A stretch of 64,000 nt of DNA. Origin: Amoebidium appalachense. Taxonomy: Eukaryota; Protista; Ichthyosporea. A model generated the notes under the pieces. It made no database searches. It was not told where the DNA came from and saw nothing but the letters and a program-made list of their open reading frames with translations. This document shows positions 54,950 to 64,000 of this stretch, in pieces. The position numbers were made by a program, and so were the translations under genes. The stretch lies in the NCBI GenBank assembly GCA_963693365.1, contig CAVNZM010000002.1, positions 14,107,615 through 14,171,614 of the forward strand. Direction: 5' to 3'. The first letter of the stretch is position 1, and every line of letters starts with the position of its first letter.

Positions 54950-57168
54950 TTCATGGATGATGGAATGAAAACGCTTTGAATACGTGGGTAGAGCTGTTCT
55001 GGTTGCCACTTTTCCCGTTAGGTAAGTGGTGTTGTTGCTTTGTGATTATTAATGTTGGCATTTGCTGTTAACGTGCGACAAGAGTGTGAAGTGGGGGAGC
55101 ATGTTCGTTTCCTACTTCAAGTAAACCCATTCTGACCAGGTTTAAAAATTTAGCTAAGGTGCAGGTAGCTTTCCGGTGTGTTTATGGCTTACTGGATGGG
55201 CACCCGCCCTACTGTGACATTCTGAGGGCCGTGGTCTACCTGTGCGACACGCCGCAGGCTGTGAAACTAGGGATTCCAATGCTACAAAATTCCCCTGAAA
55301 AACTCAAGTGTCCCTAACTCTGAGTGTGGGTTTACTATTGTATCTACTAGTGGCTCCAGCGACCCTAAAAGGCACCTTGCCGTGACTATATGCATGCCAC
55401 TTCGGCTGAAGTCAACAGGACAAACTTTGATTGCCCGTCCCTGACCAGCACTCTAAGTATGCTTATCTGTGTTTTGTCATGGCTTTCGGGGATACATGGT
55501 TCATGTAACAGCGTATGTACCTTATGCCAACGGGGGTGCCAACACACGTTCCAATATGCATTCTTCAGCGATGCCGGCTAAGCCAATCGTTTTCATCTAT
55601 TTGTTTTCAGTAAACCTGACCAATCATAGCTATCTATAATTTACCTCTTTTGGACTCCACATACCGCAAGCCGCGAACTTTCAGAACAGTCCAATGGACC
55701 AAACTTTTGAAGCCGGCACCGTCCGCACGCGGCGCGGGCTTGGCCTCCCGAGGAGGCTCCTAAACGGAACATCTCTTGTTGGAGGTTTTGGTGCTGTAAA
55801 AAATTGGTCCTGATGCCTGGCGACATGCTGAGTCAGCCTGTGTATGTATGCGTGTATGTGTCATACGTGTTGCGGCCGAGCTCTAGCTGACAAATATCTG
55901 AAAGTTTTGCAAGCTTCACGACACGGCGCTGACAGCCTGCGGTTATTAGTACTGTAGCCTCCGTGCAAAGTGAAGCCCGAGTGCTGCTATGCATGCTTGC
56001 GGTGCATCGCGCGTCGTCGATCATGGCCGAACACATAAGGACCTTGCAATGCATGTTCCTGCGGAAGCAGAGAAAGCACCATAAATGATTGGCTCCTTTC
56101 GATTCCTGATCATAACATGCGAGATGGCAAAAGTGATATATAGACCGCTTTAGTGTGGCAGACTGAGTATACTGGTACATAAGGCACAGCCTCACCTTTT
56201 TGGTCAGTGTGTATTCTAGACATCGATACAGATACGGCTGAATTCGAAAGCAGACGTACAATACCACGCTTTTACTGTACACGTGCTATACAGTGGAGAT
56301 CTAATAAGTTTAAGGTGGCATCGTTTGCATGCCCAAACAACACACACCCACACCAATTTAAACGGTAATGTATCGCCAAATGTAGTTTAATAGACCACAT
56401 AATACCGCAACACACACACGTCACATTCACAACAGACACCCAGAAAGATAGCCTACCTGTAAATTACAAATACCTTGATTTTATACTAAACACGCGTAAC
56501 TACGACCTGTTTATTAGATGTATTGATTGGCTTGAGAAACACATCACTACAAAATTCTAGCGCACGCACACACACACACACACACACACAACCAGCTGAT
56601 ACCGAGTGTCCCAGGGGAGCCCTTAAAAAAAAAAAAAAAAAAAAAAAAAAGGGGAACCCCAACTAATTGATTTTTCTTAGTCTTTATGGTGTCTCGTAGA
56701 GAAAGTAAACCCTGATACCCTGTCATCACCCGACATCTATGTACGTGATTATGATATACCACTGAGGGGATATTCCGAGCAAAACCCCCCCGTACCTGAG
56801 ACTGGTGTCTCTTTGCCTCGAGTAAACAGCGTAAACCCCACGTACAATATGTCGTTGACAAATGACCTACAACAGCCTTAGAGAAGTCTCGCTCATTATT
56901 CCCGGAGAAACTACATAATTATTTTTCTTTCGTTCACTACACACACAGGCATAGTCTAGTCGATGTAATGGTCCACTACAGCCGGGACTCTCAGAAATGT
57001 TCATGCCCTAACCTCAATATAACACCGGTCCGGGCCAGCGCGAACATACAGTGGTGAATACGGTACACCATAAAGACAAAAACCATAAAACATGGAAACG
57101 TGATTACTCATACACGGCCACAGAGACACCAATTTCAAACTTTCCCTAAACGAGTGTCACACCATCAA

Positions 57169-57319
57169 CTACTTTAGGTTGGCAATAGTCTCCTTTAGAA
57201 GTTTGAGAAGGGCTATGTTTTCCTCTGGGGTGCCGATGGTAATTCTCAGGCAGTCTGTGCAGTGAATCTCGCTGCCGCGGTAGCGCACAACAATGCCGCT
57301 CTCTGCCATTGTCTTGTAC

Positions 57320-57387
<68 letters not shown>

Positions 57388-57769
57388 CGCGCACGCGCGA
57401 GCGTGCCGCGCACGTCTGTGTGTGCAGGTACGGGAGTAGTTGCGTGTGCAAATGCATGCAAGCGTACGTGTGTGTGCGTGTGCATGTGTGTGTCAGAATC
57501 TGTGCATGTGTAGCGGTGGGTGTAACCGTTACAGAGAGGGGGGGGGGGGGGGGGGGGGATTTGGGAACATGAAGATATGAGAAGGTTGCGAATCAACAAA
57601 TCACAGGAAGCTGACAATCCACGAAAACCGAGAAGAGGAAACATGTGATCACGTGAACCATGGTGTGGGGCATTCACACAACAAGATGATTATGTCATCC
57701 ATGTGTGTAAATGTGCGATATGGTCCGAAGCTAATACAGTGTTTGGGCTTGGGGCTGCCACCGGGTGTG

Positions 57770-57818
<49 letters not shown>

Positions 57819-58475
57819 GTGTGTGTGTGTGTGCGCGCGCATGTGTTTCTTTGTGTGTCTGTGTGTTTTCTATTCTTTCCTCCTTACTTTTTCTTCTTCC
57901 TTTTTCTTTCTTTCTTTCTTTTTTTTTTTTTTTTCTGGGGGGGGGGGGGGGGGGGAGGGAGGAAGAGGGGAGGGGAGGGAGGGAGGGGGGAGAGGGAGGG
58001 GCGGAGCGAGGATAGCTTACATGTGAGAGAGTTGTCGATTCGAATCAACAGGAAGTTTGCGTGTGATGGGTAGATCTTACGGACTGTTGGGAACTGGGCT
58101 GTGGGCGACAGCAGTGTCAGTTCAATGCAGCTCAGACTTGCATTTGATCCGACGACAAGACATGAAAGAGACATGGGTATACGAGCGCACGTTACTGTGT
58201 GTGTGCACAAGAGGAAGGGTGGGGTGGTTGGGTTAGGGGGCGGGGCAGGGGGGAAGAGGGAGAGGAGGTGGAGAGAGGGGGGAAGGGGGGTGGTAGAGGG
58301 GGAGGGGGGGGGGGGGGGGGATGCGATATCGGGAAAAGGCAAACCTGAACTGATACGCAGAGCACAAGGACCAAAAAAGCAAATATAAACAACAAAGATC
58401 TCAAACAGCTGTGGGAGCAAGATACACTTACGGCTGGCCCTAGCATTGAGCAAAAGAGGAGAAGTGGGGGAATTA

Positions 58476-58514
<39 letters not shown>

Positions 58515-58910
58515 AAAAAAAAAAAAAAGTTTTCCGCCTAACAACGACTCGTTCAACATGTCCCTGCCCTTCTCTACCTCTTCTCCCCTGCAAAAAGAGA
58601 CAAAAAAAAGGACGAGAGATAGAAACAACAAAAAGAACAGAAGAAAGGGCCTTGCGCCTTTGCTAGGGTGTGTATCTCAATTAGTGATTGGCACTAGCTC
58701 TTAGTACTACCATTTTATTATGGTGGTGCATCGGGGCCGCGAGGGCGCTACGGGAGGGGGGGGGAGGGGGGGGGGGGGTCCCGTCACCCACGATACCCAA
58801 TTATCGACCTACTACCTCGCATTCCAAACCCAACCCAAGCAGGGGTGTGGGTGTGTGTGTGTGTGTGTGTGTGCGTGTGCGTGTGTGTGTGTGTGTGTGG
58901 GTGTGGGTGT

Positions 58911-58950
<40 letters not shown>

Positions 58951-58982
58951 CTGTGGTGACGGTGGCAGTGGTGTGTGTGTGT

Positions 58983-59027
<45 letters not shown>

Positions 59028-59783
59028 AGGAAGGGAGGGAGGGGAGGCAACAATACCCAGCTCTTTCTCCATGAATGCCCTCTGCTCGAGAAGCATCTGG
59101 ACCTTATTCCTCATGATGTGCAGGTCGGTAAAGGCCTGCAGGGCCACCTGGCTGGTCAGCTTGTTGACGTTGTAGGGCGCCTTGACCTTGTTGAGCACAC
59201 TGACGATCTCTGCAGGCCCAAACGCCATGCCCAGCCTGTATGCGCGTGTGTGTGTGTATGTGTACGTGTACGTGTGTGTGTGTGTGCCAGCGAGAGTGAG
59301 AGAGATGGAGAGAGGGGGGGAGGGGGAGGTTGGTTGGTTGGTTAGAGTGTGTTACAGAGTACCAAGCACATATTCATGACGGACACCACAAGGCAGGTTA
59401 CAAAACAAACAGCATGCTATATAAGAGGAGCCCAACCTCAGGTGGGGCCCTAGCACTCTATCCCCCTAAGATCACTTCGTCCTCGTTTTCTTCCGTCACT
59501 GTTTCCTTTTAAAAGTACATACCCCCCCGAAGAGAATATCCCTATCCCAACCACCAAGTAACACGCGGCTTCTTTCACCCTTATATATCTTTCTTCTTGT
59601 GCCTTTCCGTCCCTCTTTCCCCTTTCTATTTTAAAAGAACCAATCAAACACACCGGATAGCGGCCAGGCCAAATGACTTGGACATTGTCTGCAGCACCAC
59701 CAAATTTGGGTATTTGCGGATCAGGGCGGCATGGCTGCCCTCGGGGCTGAAGTCAACATACGCCTCATCCAGAACAACAAGCC

Positions 59784-59814
<31 letters not shown>

Positions 59815-60913
59815 AGCATGCTGACACCATCACATGTGAAACGAACTACTTGTAACCATTCTCAGCCTGCAGACTGCTCCCCCCCCCCCCTCATCTTTCC
59901 GTACCCCAAGTTTCTGATGACTCCAATCCCTCGGCCCCTTTCCCCCTTTTCTCCTTTCCCCTCCAAGAAGCCTCATGCCCTTTCCTTAGTTACATACACA
60001 GACGCAAAATGTTGGCAATCCACCCGGTAGCCCCCTCCCCCTCCCCCCCCCCCCCCCCCCCTCCCCCCCCCCCCCAAAAAAGGAACACACACACGCACAT
60101 ACAAACTTACACACATATGCACTCACACACCAATGAAATAAAACAAAACAAAAATAAATAAGCATAGAAAGAAATAGACCCTAATATCTGCCCCTCTACC
60201 CTTCCAGCACCTACCAGTCTTGTAACCCTTGCACACCTCCTCGATGGATTCCAGTGACAGGCAGTTTGCTGTCGGGTTGCCCGGTGAGCACAGGAAGATG
60301 AGCTTGGTCTGTGGTGTCACTGCCTTAAGCATCTGTAGAATAAGGTGTGTATGTGTTAGAGATCGAGAGTAGAAAGGCTATCGGGCCTCGTGGAAAGAAA
60401 CGTCTCGAGCCAGTGTGTAGCGAATCACAAGTCACGTGCTCTTGATTATTGGCCGCTCTAAAGGAGAGGTCTTGCTCAGCACCACCATCCTTAGGTGGGT
60501 ACCTGCTTCAACGAAGAGACCATGCCCTTCCTCTCTACACACATTCGGTGTGTGAGCGTGTGTCTGTGTGTGTGCTGATGTGGATGCAGAGAAGTTGTGT
60601 CGGAACGTGTTCCTGCACCTGTTTTGTGTGCCCAAAAAAGTGCTGGAGCACTTCAAAGAGGTGGTCAAACGGCGGAAAAAACCATGCAATCCATTTACAC
60701 AACAGAACCCCGAATTTTCCCCCCCTCCCCCCTCCCCGGCTTTGCGCCCTTTGTAACACGCACACACAAACACACACACACACACACCTCATCCACACGG
60801 AGCTGGAAATCCTCGGTCAGAGGCACACACTGTACTGCTGCATCGTTGATGTTTGCAGACACCTTGTACATGCCGTAGGTGGGTGGTGTGATCATGATGC
60901 TGTGTGTGTGTGT

Positions 60914-60953
<40 letters not shown>

Positions 60954-60971
60954 TGGGAGGATGGGTGGGTA

Positions 60972-61009
<38 letters not shown>

Positions 61010-61838
61010 GTGTGTGTGTGTGCGTGTGTGTATGTGCGTGTGTTTGTGTGTGTGTGTGCGTGTGTGTATGTGCGTGTGTGTGTGTGTGTGTGTGTGCTCG
61101 TGCGAGTGTGTATGGGTATGCGTGTCTGTGTTCATTGGTGTGCATGTGTGTGTGCGTATGTGTTTGTGTGCACGACCCATGTGTGCAAAGATGCATATGC
61201 TTTTGAGAATGCTATCAGAACAAGGCAATTTGGGAACGAGGAAAAGACCGAAAATAGGTGGTGGGGTTGGAGTACACCAGACAAATGGAAAGATCAAGAA
61301 GCTATGATGGTGTTTATGTATGTTTGTATGTGTATGGGTTTGTGTGTGTGCATGAGTATGGACTACCAGCAGAGCCCCCAGCCAGCCCTATTTGAGAGCC
61401 GTGGAGAGGGAGGGAGGGGGAGGGCGAGGGGGGGGGGGGGGGGGGGGGGGGGGGGATGGATGAACACGAAAGCGGTCATACTCATACAACAAACAAATAC
61501 GACTGAGAAGGGAGGGCTGGGAGGTAGCGACACATAGGTGCATGGCGGGGGAGGGGGGGGGGTGGAGGGGGGGGTAGGGGAATGAGGCCTCGGGAAGGGA
61601 GGGCGGGCAAGGGAGACGGGGGGTGTGGGGAGGAAATGGGGGAAAGGGGGGGGGGGGGAGGGGAGAAGGGGGTTAGGCACCTGTCCTTCCCGGGCACACA
61701 GACTATCCTGATGAGAAGATCAATGGCCTCATCACTGCCCACACCAACAAAAATCTCATCCGGGCTGATCCCACGGAACTCGGCTGGGGGTGCAAAGATG
61801 CGCTAGATGAGCAGAGGTCGATAGGGAGGAGGAGGGAG

Positions 61839-61877
<39 letters not shown>

Positions 61878-61952
61878 CAGGCATTTTTCTGGCCATCTCC
61901 CGTCCCTTCCGCCCTCTCACCTTCCCCCCTCCCCCCACTTTGCCCCGTCCCC

Positions 61953-61983
<31 letters not shown>

Positions 61984-62814
61984 AACACACAAACACACAC
62001 ACACATCTCCCACAAGTCCCAAGCTTCCACCCTTATTGCCCCATGGCCGTAGCGCATTCATGGTGCTGACCCCCCCCCACCTTCCCTCCCCTCCCGTCCC
62101 CTCCCTCCCTCCCCACCCTCCCCCCACCCACCCACCCCCGTTCTACCCATCCCCAAAATCTCGTTCTCCCATCTCACTCCCTTCCGAAAGTGTGTATCAT
62201 ACCGTCAATACGATTAGCTCACCATTACACTTGCAAACACAGGTCCCCAAAAAGAGATAAATTGACCAATACAATACTCCCCCTCTTACTCAAACCTACA
62301 CTTGCCATGTTCAAAAACTTTTGTTGTGCCGTGATCTACTAAGGAACAAACATAAAACTATCGCTCATCTCTTCAGACTCACCGATAAGCTTTTTAAGGT
62401 CCTTCTGGTGGGGGTCCGGGTATCTGTTCTGTAATCGGTGAAGCGACGTGTTAGCTCGTGTGCATCGCATAATATGCCAGTTCTCTGTTTTTAATACCAG
62501 CCACTCTCATACCCCCCCCCCCCCCCCCCCCCCCCCGGGTCCCGGATTGAACGGCCCCACGCCTCTGCACCAATCTCTGCCCACGGGCACACATTCACGC
62601 ATGTACACAAATTTGTATCAACCACACATGCTGGTTTATTCATGTCCACTCTTCCCAGTTCTTGCAGCACAAGAGACCCCCCCTTCCCACCCCCCCCCCC
62701 ACCCCCCCCCCTCTCACGTGCTGCCAAGACGACTCATGCCGACCACCTTAAATCTGCCGCAACAAAATTTGTTGTGTCAAGCATGCAGCCCAATCTCCCC
62801 CTTCCCCCCCCCCC

Positions 62815-62849
<35 letters not shown>

Positions 62850-62947
62850 AAACAAAAGAAAAAGAAAAAGAAACACACACATACACACAAACATAAACAC
62901 ACACACACACAAACCACCACCGCCGCCTCGTCAACAGCCCCATTCCG

Positions 62948-62986
<39 letters not shown>

Positions 62987-63489
62987 ACCCCCCACCCCAC
63001 CTCCTTCCCACCCTCGTAGCCCCCATCACCAATAGGCCCCTTCCCCTCCCCCCCTCCCCGCCCCCCTAGCCTACCCCTCCCCCCCTCCCCCCACTCCTAA
63101 TGGAGCTACCCCTTGCCGCTTCGTCCATTGCCAAAAAAAAAAAATGTTCTAGAAGTCCTTCGGCAGACGAACTCCTACGTTCATTCTCCCCCCCTCACCC
63201 CGTCCCTCTCCCCCCCCCTCCTTTCCCTGCCCCTCCCCCCCCCCCCCCTCTCCCCTCCCTCCCTTCCTCCTTTCCTCTTTCTCTCCCCCCCTCGCTCTCC
63301 CCTTCCCCCCCCCCCCCCCCCCTCCCCCCCACCACCCACCCCTACCGCTCCGCGCAAGCGATTAATGCATAAGAGCGCAACGTTTCATGTAACCGCTGAG
63401 AGGAGAGTGGGTCGATCCACCCACCAGCTCATTCTCATCCGGCTCAATGGCAGCACCGAAAGAATTCTCATTGGCATCCAGCAGAATAC
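57169..63489 (-). CDS. HIS5: Histidinol-phosphate aminotransferase (5' end beyond the window). Exons 63425-63489, 62383-62428, 61681-61783, 60788-60899, 60215-60332, 59654-59783, 59057-59235, 58021-58098, 57169-57320
   Basis: [68 protein letters not shown] (PLP lysine), [22 protein letters not shown]. Junction phases are consistent. Confidence 0.95.
59341..59452 (-). mobile_element. Diverged pLTR-like copy in a HIS5 intron
   Basis: Reverse complement GGGCCCCACCTGAGGTTGGGCTCC..TTAT..GCAT..CCGT..TGTGCTTGGTACT..CACTCTAAC is colinear with the reference repeat. Confidence 0.65.
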
Positions 63490-64000
63490 CTGAGGATGTG
63501 GAGGACATCAACGCTGTCAGAATTTATAAACTGATACTCTCGGTGTTACAAAATAACTTCCCCCTCAACCATCCCCTCTCACCCGCCTCTGCACACATAC
63601 CTAGTAAATTCTGCACCACCCTTCCCTTTCCCTTATATACAGCCCTCCCCCCCCCCCTCCCCTCCCCCCCCCCCTTCTCCCCTCCCCGCCCCCCCTCCCC
63701 CCGAGAATGGCCATGATGCCCGAATGTAGGACTTCGTTCTCATACCTATCATACTTGACTCGTTCACCTCCACAAGAACATGCACCGCCTCATAGGAAGG
63801 GGCCCACCACATACTGGCACACGCCACCCATTCCTCTAGATCTACACCCAGATGACTGATTCTGGTCACAAATGAAGCCCAAGAAAAGTCGTAGATAACC
63901 ACACACGCCCAGGGACACATAAACACGCGCGCATACACACAGACACCCGCACACACGTAAAGACATCCGGATGTGAACGTGTCCCACACATGCACGCACA

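Overview
Eukaryotic genomic DNA with GT-AG spliceosomal introns, most likely from a unicellular holozoan such as an ichthyosporean. This is an inference: syntenin-, BRD8- and COMMD10-like genes sit beside a histidine-biosynthesis gene that animals lack. Most listed ORFs are artefacts of (CA)n/(GA)n/poly-G/C tracts. Intron-rich genes spliced by hand are BRD8-like (-), PUM3/PUF6 (-), MED20 (-), mitochondrial uL18/MRPL18 (+) and HIS5 (-, 5' end beyond the window), plus a partial SH3 gene. Single-ORF genes encode a syntenin-like tandem PDZ protein, COMMD10, a Ser/Thr kinase with a C-terminal hydrophobic helix, and a LicD/FKRP-like protein. The main signal is a Penelope-like (Naiad/Chlamys-type) retroelement system. 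It consists of a 5'-truncated RT in an MRPL18 intron and roughly 15 copies or fragments of a ~180-230 nt terminal-repeat element. All copies lie in introns, mostly end at C-rich tracts, and are co-oriented with the host gene. The repeat carries partly covarying stems and the three strands of a hammerhead-like core in a non-canonical order. Also seen: a ~62-bp tandem array of duplicated 3' splice sites in PUM3, a candidate intronic H/ACA RNA and a TA-flanked MITE. All RNA structure calls are by eye and untested.
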